From Vicugna vicugna (lineage: Eukaryota): a DNA stretch of 64,000 nt. A program made the translations under genes and the position numbers. Where the stretch lies: NCBI GenBank assembly GCA_013265495.1, contig MU058790.1, positions 124,001 through 188,000 of the forward strand, given 5' to 3'. Below the pieces are notes generated by a model. That model saw only the letters and a list, made by a program, of their open reading frames with translations, ran no database searches and was not told where the DNA came from. Shown here piece by piece: positions 12,039-25,072 of this stretch; position 1 is the stretch's first letter; each line of letters starts with the position of its first letter.

Positions 12039-13679
12039 ATTTTTCCCCTTCTTTAATAATAACTTTACCTTATCTCGCCAGCCATGTAATAGTGTAGAGT
12101 CATCATTGAATTGCTGAGCTATTACGTGCCTGATTTATTAAGCAACTTGTTAGAATACTGGTGAAGCTCAGGCAGACAGGAATAGCTTTCTACTATTTTC
12201 ATAGGAGAGAAGGAAGAGAACTTTTTGTAAATCCAGTGATCCTGCATGCATCTGAAACAAACACCACGAAGCCTGGTGTGCTGAAAGCTGTGACCGCAAA
12301 TGTTCCTGACTGTGTTTTCCCCCATCCCGAGCACACACAGATCCATCTGTGTCACCGTGGCTCATTCTCTCCTCTTTTCCCCTCTCCAAGTTAGCTCTCT
12401 GTGAATACAGGTTTGGAAAGAGTGAAAGCAGAGCACTCAGCCTGCTTTCTTTGGATGAGTGAGTTTCTCTAGCAATGACGCTCCCCAGTGCCACAAAAAG
12501 CCTGTTGTCAGGTGGTGGGACCTGAGGCCACAGCTCCCTTACCAGTTGTTCTTTGATGCATCACTTCAGGAGCTGTGAAACAGATGAGATTTAAGGGCAA
12601 GCATAGCTTTTCATGCAGTTCAATGAAACAATCTGTCCCTTGAAAGTCACTTTATTTCCAGTGGTACTTTCCATACCAGTGCGTTAAAAATGTCACTGAA
12701 TCAAGCTTTTTATTAACTTGTCAGTGTATCCAAAGTGTTCTACAGAATCTCTGTGGGGGATTTTCTTGTCTTGAAAACCTACACATTGCCACATAGGCTT
12801 TCCTCCCTAATTAGCACTGACAGGTTCTCTTTATTGCAAATATCCCCACTCTCAGAGTACAAGAGAGCAGGTGGGTGGAAATAGATTTGGATCATTTGCT
12901 AGACACAGAAAGAGAAACCAACAGTGCTAATGGCATATGGCTGTGAAGGGAATATTGAACAAATGAGTCCAGGACAGTGAAGTCATACAATTCAACTGTG
13001 GGTTGGGGTAATAACACAGGCTGCTTATTCCGAGAGAACTGGAACATCTTTGATCTTTTAGGGACTGAGATTTTTCTTAACTCAGGGTCACGTTGCTGAG
13101 TCTACAACCTTAGTCCACATTGTGGGATCTGAGATTTTTCTGGTAACCACATATAAATGCTTATCCTGTGGCCAACATTACTTCTTCCTTCGTTGTCTTG
13201 GCTAGTTTGTTTCTTGGTGTCTGGGTGTTTCTCAGCATACACCTTCCTTGATTAAACTGATTTTTATGGCCCTGAACTCTGGGTGCCCAGTTGGTTTCCT
13301 GCCCTTTTCCCCATCCCAGTGTACTTAAATTTCCAAGGGACCATGAGTCCCTCCTGATATCACTAGAAATTCACTCAGTTAGCTTAAGGTAAAATTCAAA
13401 TTCGGTGGATAGCCTCAAAAATAGGTTAGTAACCTATTGAGTGGTTTTGTAGCATCAACCCTATTCTTTGGCCTAGAAGGTTCCCATCTGTGTAACATGA
13501 TTTTAAAATGGTAGACCCTGTCTGCCATCCAGATATTTATATGAACAGCTTGCCAGAAGATTCCAAGTTCCTACTATTGGAGTAAAGAATAATTTGGGCC
13601 AAATCCAAGTTTTAAATAAACTCATTTGCAATTTCCATGAAGCACCTAAGCATACTATTAAAAGTTAAGATAATGTACT

Positions 13680-14400
13680 GCTGGACTTTCGGTGTCAGCT
13701 TCAACATGTAAAGATTTGGAAGTTGTCACTCTCATCCTTATGACAGGAAAAAGCTGAACTGAAAAAGCAGTGATTTTTCTTGGACCCATCAGAGAACTGA
13801 GGTTTCAGGACAAACCACCACCTGGAAATCTAGAGTGAAAGGTGAATTCGCAGAGTTATAGCTGAGATCTGTTTATCTGGAGCAGAAGTGACTAAAGCCA
13901 TAAAATGGCAGGAACCCTTTAAAGGTCGTTTTGAAGAACTGCTGGAGGCTGAGTATGAACTAGGATGAGAGGGAGAAACTTGTGGCGGGTGCAGTCTTGT
14001 TGGTATGGGGCATATTTTCTTGGGATTTATATCTAAAATCCCCACCAGGTTCTCATGGTGAAGAGCTGGAAAGTATCCCCTGGAGTTCTTTTTTCTTTTC
14101 TTAGGTTTTAATGGAGGTACTGGGGATTGAACCCAGGACCTTGTGCGTGCTAGGCATGCACTCTACTGCTGAGCTGTATTCACTCACCCACCTCGTAGTT
14201 TTGACAGTGAGAAAGTAAAAGTAACCACTGTGAGCTATGCCCAGATAATTCTCCATGGTAGAGGCCTACTCTCTAGGGGGAAACGACTTTGCCAGAACCT
14301 TATCCCACTTTAAAGAAGGGCATTATTCCTACTCCACTCCCCTCTAGCCTTGCTTTCTCACCAAAGAAGGGAAAATAAAGATAGGAAACTTTGAGTATTA
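13680..14400 (+). mobile_element. Old L1M 5'-region remnant, interrupted by a SINE
   Basis: 'ttggaagttgtcactctcatcctta...aaaagctgaac...tttcttggacccatcagagaactgagg' resembles L1M 5' UTR consensus as recalled. Confidence 0.55.
14087..14189 (-). mobile_element. tRNA-derived SINE (camelid Vic-1 type)
   Basis: Reverse complement of the 49567 SINE: 'ttttaatggaggtactggggattgaacccaggacc...tgctaggcatgcactctac..ctgagct'. Confidence 0.85.
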
Positions 14401-14499
14401 CCACTACTTTGTTTGTGTTCTAGACTACAGAAACAGAAAAAGAGGAAGTGGAAGACAAGAAGCTTCCTTTTAGGAGTGTGACAGAGATCTCACACATTA

Positions 14500-14732
14500 C
14501 AGTGAACCCTTGAACGACACAGTTTGAACTGCGCAGGTCCACGTCTACATGGATTTTTTTCAATAGTAAATATTGCAGTACTGTACAACCCGCACGTGGT
14601 TCAATCTTTGAGTGTAAAACCACAGATCCAGAGGAACCACGGATACAGGGGGCCAACTATAAGTAATACTCAAAGTTTCAACTGGGCAGAGCGTCAGCAC
14701 CCCTAACCCCACTGTTGTTCAAGGGTCAACTG
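14500..14732. mobile_element. Tigger2a-like non-autonomous Tc1/mariner (pogo) element
   Basis: Terminal inverted repeats cagtgaacccttgaac / gttcaagggtcaactg, with TA on both sides (14498-99, 14733-34). Confidence 0.85.
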
Positions 14733-14742
14733 TACTTCCGTT

Positions 14743-15163
14743 CAATGGTGCACCAGAGCTGGCTCGCACCAGCTTGCACCAGCTCACAAGAGGCAATTGT
14801 TAAATTTTTGAGAATTTTGAGAGCCGGTTGTTAAACATAGCCATTAAATTTACCACTAAACAAATCATATTAAAAGAGTAAACCTTCATATTAAAAGGGT
14901 AAATATTGTCTTTTCTCAGTTATTTTACTACACTTTACTACTGTCTATGCTATTGCTGTTATTTGTGTCTAATTATCCGCACGGTGGGAATATGATATAA
15001 TGCTGCTGCCAATCTTTTCCAAACTCTGCGTCATGTCATCGTAGCTTGAAATCAGACGTGGTAGGAGTAGTTACACCATAGAAATCAGCAAATGCTCCCA
15101 ATCAGAGCTCCTCCTCCCCTACACACGAGAGCTCGTGGTTAAACATTTACCGATACATAATTG
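14743..15163 (+). mobile_element. MER63-like hAT DNA transposon
   Basis: 'gagctggctcgcaccagct...attgttaaattt...gaattttgagagccggttgttaaaca' and terminal 'gttaaacatttacc'. Confidence 0.7.
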
Positions 15164-16714
15164 CTTCCATTATATCTCTTTGGCTAGAATTACTCACAGG
15201 CCACACCTCATTACAAGGAAGGATAGGACATATAGTCTGTAGCTGGGTGGCCATATGCCCACCTATTATTTAGGGATTCTATTACAAGGAGGAAGTGGAG
15301 AATGCATATTAGGGGACCATAAGCACTGTCATGTTTTGATGTAGAAGAGGGAGTTCTGATCAGGTTTCCAGAACTGAGATGCATTCTATCAGTAGTTCAT
15401 TTAGTAGAGATGCTAATAAACTCAAAATAGAGATTTTAGTACTTGTGTCGTCCACCATCTCAGGGTTAGCGAAAATTAGCAATTTCAGTTTATGATAGTA
15501 GACTGAGCATGTAAGACAAGTCTCCCTTGTCCTGTGTCCAGTTCCCAGAAAGTGCAAAAATTTTAAATATGAATATACATATATATATCAATGTGCTAGA
15601 AAACAAGAACCCTTTGTGTCTCTGGAAACTATGAGGAATCACTGAGAAGAAGAAAGATAATGTTGGATTTAAGAATGTACCTAAAACTCTAAATATGCCT
15701 AAGTGATGAGGGGCTTTGAAAATTGGAAGCCACTCATACAGAAATACTTTCAGGGAAACCCAAATTAAGGCATTGAGTATACTTCAGTATAAAAGAAAGT
15801 TTCTACTTTTGATTTGCTAAGGAATTGGGATATAGAGGTATCTAGCCCCTGAATTTTCCTTTCTCAATGTGTTCTTATAAAGGGCAAGTCTTGTTTTAAA
15901 GCTAAGTCTGTGAGTATTTTTTTCAGCTGATATACCAAGCTCTACAATTTACTGCCAAATAGAGATTCCTAAGGCAAGAAAAGATATGACCAGCGACTGA
16001 ATGCAATGCTTATCTTGGGCATTTGCTTGCAGAGTAAACATTCAGGCAAGCTGTTTGCTCTTTCTGTATTAAGTATGATGAGGATGTTTGGACAACATAA
16101 TATGGTCAGAGACTTGTCTTCTGCATATATGATTTATATTAAATGAGCATTCTTTGCAAACATTTTATCTTTTAGATCATGTTAGAGCCAAGCACACACA
16201 CACACACACACAACACAAGTAAAAATATTCCCAGGATTGATGGATGCTAAACTGCTTACTTCCTCCTCACAAAAAGTAAAAATGGTAGGTGTCTGTTTTT
16301 AGCAACATTTTCCACAGGAGATCAGAAAAGCCATTATAGGATTATGAATGAATTTTTGGTGTTTGATATTAAGAATGACTAATGCTTCTGTGGATTTAAC
16401 AGAGCTGGAAAAGGCTATACAGATAAACAATACTTTAAGATATTGGACATTTGGATTCTGGAAGGAAGAAATACAAAATTACAAAATTATATTCAAATGA
16501 TTTATCTAATTCTCATTTTCTGATCATTGGATGCATACTTGTAATAATATTAATTGAGCACCTACTATATGTAAAGTGCCGCTAAAGCCTAAAACAAACA
16601 CAATGATGCTCTCAAGGAGCTTGCAGTCTATAAGGAAATTTAAAAGAGACATTTCAGCTCAACTTTTTATAAAATATTGACAGCAAGTACTATGAACTGT
16701 CGCATATTTAAAAC

Positions 16715-17075
16715 AGAAACAGATTAACATAGAAAACAAACTTATGGTTACCAGTGGGGCGAGAGGGGTGGGGAGGGATAAATTGGGAGTTTGAGATTTG
16801 CAGATACTAACTACCATATTATTATATATAAAATAGATAAACAAAAAGGTTCTATGTATAGCACAGGGAACTATATTTAATATATTGTAATAACCTATAA
16901 TGAAAAAGAATATGAAAAGGAATATATATATATATATATATATATATAACTGAATCACTATGCTGTACACCATAAATTAACACAACATTGTAAGCTGACT
17001 AAACTTCAATTTTTTTAATAACAAATAATAAAACAAAGAGAGAAAAAGACCAACAAAAAGTAAAAATAAAAATAA
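16715..17075 (+). mobile_element. L1 3' end with (TA)n and A-rich tail
   Basis: 'catagaaaacaaacttatggttaccag...tgtatagcacagggaactatatt...acacaacattgtaag...cttcaat' followed by an A-rich tail. Confidence 0.85.
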
Positions 17076-18009
17076 AACAGATGCTGTCTTTCTCAACAAG
17101 TTGAGAACTCCTAAGTTTGAGATTTGTAACACTAGGCAAGAGAGCTAGAATTCCACAATTTCTTTAGTATTCAACAAGCACAGCCTGAATGCCCTAGTTT
17201 AGAAGGAGAGATAAATCCTTTATAATAAGCCTGCTTTTCCCCTAAATAGGCTGAATTAGCATAGGAGGGAGAGAAGACAGGACTGAACCAACAATTTTCC
17301 ACAAAAACTTTGCAATCTGGCTTTTAGCTCTGACAGGAAGCAATTTGAGAAATGTCTATGCATTTCCAGCCTTTTCCCTTCTTTCTCCTTTTAAGAATCC
17401 TGGGTGGTTGGAGCGCTGATGCTGGAGTATGAAGTAGAGAGGAGAATTGGAGAAAGTGAAAACACAAGGTTAATTTACATATGCAAGTGTACAGAGCTAC
17501 TCCTGGTAGGTAAGAATAATCTGGAAAGGCTGGCGACCTAAGTGAGAAAGGCACCTGGGAGATTTTTGAGCGGAGAGAATGTGGGAAGCAGCCAGAAAGG
17601 AAGGAGCAGAGCAATGCCTAAAAGAGGACTTGGGGAAAGTCTTGCTCCCTGGTGAGGCTTAGCTCTTCTTTACTGCTTCTTGAAGAGACATCAGGAAATG
17701 CTTTCGTGGCTTTACAAGGCTTTTTAGAGTCAGCCTTGTGGGCATTTTGTGTGTGTTTTGTTTGTTTGCTGGTTTGAGATGTCATTCAACTACAATATGA
17801 GTCTCAAGCAAGGAGTGAGAATAGTCAGGTTAATTGAGGATAAAGAGGAAAAATTCTGCGAAGCTGGAAATCCAACACCATTTTACTCTAGGCAGAAGAG
17901 TGAATTTCTGAACGTTCCTCCCCCCTTTCCTTTTCTGTGCTCACTTCTCCTTTCGCTCTCCTGGTTCTGGAGGTGGGCTAGTGAAATGTGCCACGAATCA
18001 AGAGGTTTG

Positions 18010-18170
18010 GAGTTGGAGTTCTTTGTTTCACTTACCAGACCATGGGGCAAGTCACTTCATTTTCCCCCCCAAGCCTCAGTTTCCTCATATGTAAAATGGG
18101 CATGACAGTACTTGCTCTGCCTGTCTCACAGCACTGGGTGAGTTGTGAGTGTGATGGAAATGTAAGGGAT
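18010..18170 (+). mobile_element. MIR SINE remnant
   Basis: MIR core 'ggggcaagtcacttc...agcctcagtttcctcatatgtaaaatggg'. Confidence 0.7.
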
Positions 18171-19191
18171 GTTCTCTTTTATCCACCATTTCCTGAGGGC
18201 CTTGCTGTAATAGTGTTCTCTAACTTATTAGTTGGTACAGCCCTGCTCTTCTAACAAGTAGTTGCATCTTTATATAGAGGACTTCTAAAGATGAAATATG
18301 CTTTGAAGCCCAAAGGAGTGGTTAAGATTTCAGCACAGAAAGATAGTGGTGGGGAGCTAGAATTGGAAGCTATTTTTCAAATATATCATGTAGGTAGGCA
18401 TCTTTCTTACTCGAGGGCAAAACTGAACATAACATATTACTCCAATGCTTAATCTTTCCATTTCAGATTTAATTTTGCTTTAAAGAATGGTACCAATTTT
18501 CTATTTGAACAGTAACTCTCCTCCCTTCACTTCTCTGATTTTCAGCCTTATGTGATAAATTGACAAACTTTCCCAATTTGACTTTTCAGAGCATTACTCT
18601 CTAAGTATATAGAAAATTAACTCTGTGTTGTTTAAATTATGCCTTTGCAGCCTAATATGAAAGTATTTACTGTAATTGAAACAGAGGTTTCAAATCTAGA
18701 TGAAAACAAGTAACATAAATGATTTAACTTTTTTTGAGATTTAACAGTTCATACTGGACATTACAAAATCCAGGATTTTTGTACTGGAAATGGAATTTTA
18801 AAATGATTCCTCACCTTGGACCTTCTAAGGTAAATGAAAGTTGTAATGGATGGGAAAGGGAATGGGAAATTACTAAGAAAGAAGCCCAGAAAGATAGAAT
18901 GTAAGGTAATGGGAATTATAAGTAGGTTTTTAAAAGAAATTTATAGTTTTCTAGCTTTAAAAAGTGAGAATGTATAGTTTTAAAAATCATGAGAAAATTA
19001 ATTTCATTAAAAAGTAAATGTGAATAAGAGATCTACTTTTATAATTTTCAGAGACTGAACTGAACCTGCTAGGATTACTGGATTTAACAGCTACCTTTAG
19101 TAACCATTTGGGCCAATTGGTTCATTTTGAGGATGAGGTTATTGAGGTCAGAGAGGTCCAGTGTCTTGCCCAAGCTCACACAGTGAATAAA

Positions 19192-19727
19192 TTTACTGCA
19201 GGAGAATGGGAAGCGAAAGGATGGTCACATCCCAGGTCCGTGGGATGGGCTGCCAAGTGAGGGTCCTCGGCTTTGTGCAGGAAAGAATTCAAGAGTGAGC
19301 CATAGCAAAGTGAAAGCAAGTTTATTTAGAGAGATACACATTCGTTAGACAGAAAGTGGTCCATTTCAGAAGGGAGACTGGCCCTGGGGTGTGGGGGTGT
19401 TTAGTTTTCACGAGCTGTGTAATTTCATATGCTAATGAGTGGGAGGATTATTCCAACTATTTTCGAGAAGGAGTGGGGATTTCCAGAAATTGGGCCACCA
19501 CCCACTTTTTGGCTTTTGATGGTTAGCCTCGGAACTGTCACAGCACCTGTGGGTATGTCGTTTAGCATGCTGATGTATTACAATGAGCCTATAATGAGGC
19601 TCAAGGTGTATTGGTAGTTGAATCTTCTGCCATCTTGGGCCTAGTAGGTTCTAACCAGGTTATGTTGTATCCTCAATGGCTGTGTCATTCTTTTAATGGT
19701 TGTGCCCTGCCCCCTTCACTTGTCTCA
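19192..19727 (-). mobile_element. MER41-like solo LTR (ERV1)
   Basis: 'gggtcctcggctttgtgcaggaaagaattcaagagtgagcc...aaagtgaaagcaagtttattt' is characteristic of MER41-family LTRs. Ends in 'tgtctca'. Confidence 0.7.
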
Positions 19728-20637
19728 AGTTGGCACATCTGGATATGGAACTTGGGTTTCCTGTTGTCTCATACAATATTTATTCCACTGTGCCCTCAAT
19801 CAATTCTACATGGCCATCTTCAGAGGCTATTAAAGACAGGAGACGTGGTAGGCTCTCCGTTAGTGTTTTTTATGTTGTCAACTGTAGCTGTATTTTGTAA
19901 TTCAAATTATCACAATGATTAAACACTTCTCTACTGTAACTGTCAAGATAGAAGCTAGAAAATCACAGTGTGAGGCAGCTGTATTGCTAGCCTAGGTGGT
20001 GAAAGAGGGCAGCTCTGCTGTGTGCCCTGGGAGTGTTACCAAAAGTTCAACATAGAGAGTGTTCCTCCAACCCTTCAAGCTCATTCTGTGAGCTTTTTAT
20101 ATTTATTTACAATTCCCTTTCTGCTTAATTAGATTCTGAAGTCTGAATCCTAAAACTTGTCAAATAAACCTGCCTACAGCATCACAGCCAGTAATGGGCA
20201 GACCTAGGGCTTGAAGTCAGGTCTGACCCACTAAGTTGACCCTCTAACCTCTTCAATTCTAAGGTCTTAGAAACAAAAGAGAGAGGTTTACCCTGACCTT
20301 ATTCCAGAGTAAATTTCTTTAGTTTTCAGAAGCAATTATACCATAAGTAGAGAGGCTTTGGGAAATGAAAATCTCTAATCAGTTTATTGCAAGGAATTGT
20401 GGGTTTCAGTAAAAGAGCTAAAGTTATGAGCAGGATGGAAGAGGATATTTGCTGATTCCTTTGTCACTGCGGCGTCAAGGGAACCTTAGATGCCCTAGAT
20501 GTTAAAGGAAAGATGTTAGGCTGCAAAGGATACTGAATTAACCACAGAAGCAAAGAGTTAGTAAACAGACCTTGATGGGAGTCGATATATTTTTGAAGAG
20601 TTAGTAGCAGGAATTGCAAGTGACCGAGAGATACTCG

Positions 20638-21155
20638 TGTTACTGAACGCAGTGTGCCCGATGAACAGTGAGGCCAAACAAACTGAAATGTCGGAGTTTG
20701 GAGCAGAGAGACTTTTATTGCAGGCCAAGAAAGGAGAACAAGTGACTTGTGCTCAAAAAACACACCCTGATGGTTTTCGGGGAGAAGTTTTTATAGGCAA
20801 AATTTTGGGTGAGGGCAGCAGGATGTGGAGCTAACAGGGTGGTGCTGCAAGAATCTTGTGTTCAGCCTGAAGTTACCATTCTCCACCTGGATGGGGTCCT
20901 TAGTTCCTACAGAAGAACTCAAAGACATTGTTATGTATATTCCTTGAAGAACCAGGACCCTGCTTAATAGCTGTACTATTGTTTCTTGACTGCTCCTCCT
21001 TTGTTTCTGCCTGCCCTCTCTTCCCTGATTAGTAATTGTTTGAGTCTACCCTCAGGAAAGGTCTTAGGAGGCCGAGTGAAGCCTACAAACAAGAAACAGA
21101 GGACACGGAAAGGATTTGTCCCTGGGAGGTCCACACAGGGTCCTTCTGCGTTTTA
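20638..21155 (-). mobile_element. Solo LTR (ERV1-like, second family)
   Basis: Starts 'tgttac', minus-strand AATAAA at ~20714-20719, flanked by a probable 4-bp TSD ctcg/ctca. Homologous to 2167-2307. Confidence 0.75.
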
Positions 21156-21389
21156 CTCACTGTGAAGTGTGGGGATACCATGAGGCCCTATGGGACTTCC
21201 GGCTGCAGCTTTTGGCTAGCTGCAGATTATTTAGTGGAATTATACTTCTTTACCATAGAAATCCTTTGTGTTTTGTGGCCAGGGCTCTTTCTGCTTTAGG
21301 AGTTAGTCTACTGAGCATTCCAGTGGTGATGACTCTCTTAAGTTTTTTTTAAATTGGAGGTTCATACTAAAAAAGAAAAGTTATTTCTT

Positions 21390-21882
21390 GGTCGACTGAA
21401 ATCAATGCACAGCCTAAAAGTTGAGAGTTATGTTTTATTTGGCAGACATTTCTGAGGACTCGAACCCCTTGAGCCCAGGATGACAGCCTCTCAGGTGGCT
21501 CTGAGGGACTGCTCCGAAGAGGTAGGGGAGGGGCTAGGATATATAGAAGGTTTACAGCAAAGAGCAGGTAGTTGGAACATTAAAAGATTACTTGTTAACT
21601 GAAGAAAAACAGGCATCTCAAGTTAAAGAATTTAGAGCTTTTCTATGTATGGGAGGGAGCAAACATTCGGGCTCATTGAATTCATTCCTCTGACAAGCAC
21701 CTAGCTAACTAGGGCCAGTATCCTGTCCGTCCTTATTCTGAGTTCCCTCAGAGTGCACCACAGTGAGTGGCTGCAGAGGCCGGGCTGCAGGCTTGTCTTC
21801 CCTGGGGGGTGGCGGCAGCCGCTGATGACTTGACGGCTTCAGCATTGTTTACTGATATGGTTTGCAGTATTTTTTGTTCACA
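21390..21882 (-). mobile_element. Solo LTR, same family as the inverted ERV pair
   Basis: Aligns with 55771-56219 ('gtcgactgaaa...gcaca.cctaaaagttgaga.ttatgttttatt'). 4-bp TSD 'tctt' at 21386-89 and 21883-86. Confidence 0.9.
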
Positions 21883-22424
21883 TCTTCTACTATAGATCTT
21901 AATCCTAGAGATAGCTTTAGGTGATACATAGGTTTCAATGTTTTCATAATAAGGTCAGATGAAGCCCAATAACTCCTGGGTGTGGGGTAGGCTTGTGTTT
22001 GGGGACGATCATACAAAGAGTCTTTATGAGAAACATTTAAAAGCAAAGTGCAATTTGCCTAATAATAGCCCTCCTGGTAGAAAAGAATTGCTTTAACTTC
22101 TCTTGAGTGCTTTAATATCAACTCTGACAAAATGAACGCCTGTTGGCAATTTAACAGTTCCTTGGTTTTTAGCTGAAAGAAATTCAAATAAATGGGATGC
22201 TGCTAATGCTTGAGGTAAATGTGCAGTCTTCCAGGACTGGATTTAACTTGTTTTCCAAATATATATCACATAAAATATATGCAATACAAATATGTCACAA
22301 TTATATGTCATTTAGATTTTTCTGCATTATTTTTTCTTTATTGTGTTATACTGATGCCTGATATCCCCAAACCTATGTGTATATTGGCTTTGCCACTGTG
22401 AGAGAGAATTAAATGGGAATCATG

Positions 22425-22949
22425 TGTGAATGAAAAATGTTGCCTGCCATATCAGCAAACAAAGGATGCTATGGCCATCAAGCCATCAGCCACTATCGCC
22501 TTCCCACCCCCACGGTGAGCCCTGAGTGAACTCAGGATGGAGACAAACTGGGCTGCCCACTGCCAAGTCATCAGCCACTGCAGCCACCCCCAGCAGTGCA
22601 CCCGGAGGGGACTCAGGATGGGACAGAACAGGATACTGGCTCTAGACAGCTAAGGTGCATACCAAAAGAAAAATTTCAGTGAGCCCATATTTTTCCATCT
22701 TCCCATACACAGAAAAGTGCTAAATTCATTAACTTGAGATGTCTGACTTTCTTTTAAGAGTAATCTTTTGCTGTTCTGATTACCTATTGTTGCAAAACTC
22801 CTATGTATCCTGGTTCCTCTCTTACCTCTTCAGAGCAGTCCCTCAGAGCTATCTGAGAGGCTGCCTCTTGGGCTTGAAGTTCTCAGAAAGTCTGCCAAAT
22901 AAAACATAGTTCTCAACTTTAAGGCTGTGCATTTGTTTCTCACTTGACA
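22425..22949 (+). mobile_element. Solo LTR, same family, with an internal ~80-bp tandem duplication
   Basis: Aligns with 6770-7221, TG...CA ends. The unit 'caag.catcagccact...cc.gag.g.actcaggatgg' occurs twice. Confidence 0.9.
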
Positions 22950-23009
22950 ATGTGTCTTCTTAAGTTTCACATTTTTATTTTGCTCTGTGTGAGAATCATC
23001 CAAACACAC

Positions 23010-23780
23010 TCTAATTAAAAATGGTCAAAGGACCTAAATAAACATTTCTTCAAAGAAGATAGACAAATGACAAATAAGCACATGAAAAGACGCTGAGCAT
23101 TATAATAATTAGGGAAATGTAAATCAAAACCACAATGAGATACCACTTCACATCCACTAGAATGGCTATAATTTAAAAAAAGACTATCACAAATATTGAT
23201 GAGGATGTGGAGAAATTGGAACCTTCAAAGGTTAACAGAGAGTTAAATATATGAAGCAGCAATTCCACTTCTAGGTAGACACCCAAGAAAAATGAAAACA
23301 TATGTCCATACAAAAACCTGTCAATAGATGCTCATAGAAGAATTATTACAGCCAAAAAATAGAAACAACCAAAAATGTCTATCAACCAATAAATAGAATG
23401 TGATATGTCCTTACAATAGGATATTATTAAATAAAATAAAGGAATGAAGTACTGACAGATGCTACATGTATCAACCTTGAAGACATTATGCTAAGTAAAA
23501 GAAGCCCATTGCAAACTAACACACTGTGCATTTCCATTTATGAAACACCCATAATAGACAATTCTATAGAGACACAAAGATTATTGGTTGCCTAGGGCTG
23601 AAGGATTGGGAGAAGGTGGGGAGTGACTGCTAATGGATATGGGGTTTCTTTTTGGAATGATGAAAATATTCTAAAATTGACTGTGGTGATGATTGCATAA
23701 TTCTATGACTATACCAAATACCATTGAAATGTACACTTTAAATGGGTAAATTTCATGGTATGTAAATTATATCTGATATA
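23010..23780 (+). mobile_element. Old L1M ORF2-end/3' UTR remnant
   Basis: 'ttagggaaatgtaaatcaaaaccacaatgagataccacttcacatccactagaatggcta...gaaatgtacactttaaatgggt'. Confidence 0.85.
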
Positions 23781-23865
23781 TACATAGTATATCTGACATA
23801 TGTATATTTAAATCCAAAGGGCTTGCTATGAGGGTATATGTTTTAAGGCAAATATAGATTTACAA

Positions 23866-25072
23866 TTTTTTTGATTGAAGTACAGTCAGTTACAATGTGT
23901 CAATTTCTGGTGTACAGCACAATGTCCCAGTCATGCATATACATACATATATTCATTTTCATATTCTTTTTCATTAAAGGTTATTACAAGATATTGAACA
24001 TAGTTCCCTGTGCTATACAACAGAAATTTTTTTAAAAATCTATTTTTATATATAGTGACCAACATTTGCAAATCTCAAACTCCCAGATTTATCCCTTCCC
24101 ACCTCCTTTTCCTGGTAACCATATGATTGCTTACTATGTCTGTGAGTCTGTTTCTGTCTTGTATATGAGTTCATAGTGTCCTTTTTTCTTTCTTTTTAGA
24201 TTCCACATATGAATATCATGTGGTATTTTTCTTTCTCTTTCTGGCTTTACTTAGAATTATGATCTCTAGGTCTATCCATGTTGCTGCAAGTGGCATTATT
24301 TTATTATTTTCGATGGCCGAGTAGTATTCCATTGTATAAATATACCACCCAGTAATCTTGGCTATTGTATATAGTGCTGCTATGAACATTGGGGTGCATG
24401 CATCTTTTCAAATTAGACTCCCCTCTGGATATATATATATACCCAGAAGTGGGATTGCTGGACCCTATGGTAAGTCTATTTTCAGTTTTTTGAGGAATCT
24501 CCAACCTGTTTTCCATAATGGCTACACCAAACTAGATTCCCACCAGCAGTTTAGGAAGGTTCCCTTTTCTCCACTGCCTCTCCAGCATTTATAGTTCATG
24601 AACTTTTGAATGATGGCCATTCTGACTGGTGTGAGGTGATACCTCATTGTAGTTTTGCTTTGAATTTCTCTGATAATTAGTGATATTGAGCATTTTTTCA
24701 TGTGTCTATTGATCGTTTGTATTTCTTCCTTGGAGAATTACTTGTTTAGGTCTTCTGCCCATTTTTGGATTGGGTTGTTTGCTTTTTTGTTATTAAGTCA
24801 TATGAGCTGTTTATATATTCTGGAAATTAAGCCTTTGTCAGTCACATCATTTGCAAATATTTTCTCCCATTCCGTAGGTTGTCATTTTGTTTTGCTTATG
24901 GTTTCCTGTCCAAAAGCTTATAAGTTTAATTAGGTCCCATTTGTTTATTTTTGCTCTTATTTCTGTTGCCTGGGTAAACTGCCCTAGGAGAATATTGCTA
25001 AGATTTATGTCGGAGAATGTTTTGCCTATGTTTTCTTCTAGGAGATTTATCGTGTCTTGTCTCATATTTAAG
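23866..25072 (-). mobile_element. 5'-truncated lineage-specific L1 (ORF2 C-terminus and complete 3' UTR), frameshifted
   Basis: Poly-T then the 3' UTR. ORF-track peptide 'TINLLEENIGKTFSDINLSN...[10 protein letters not shown]' is L1 ORF2. Confidence 0.92.
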
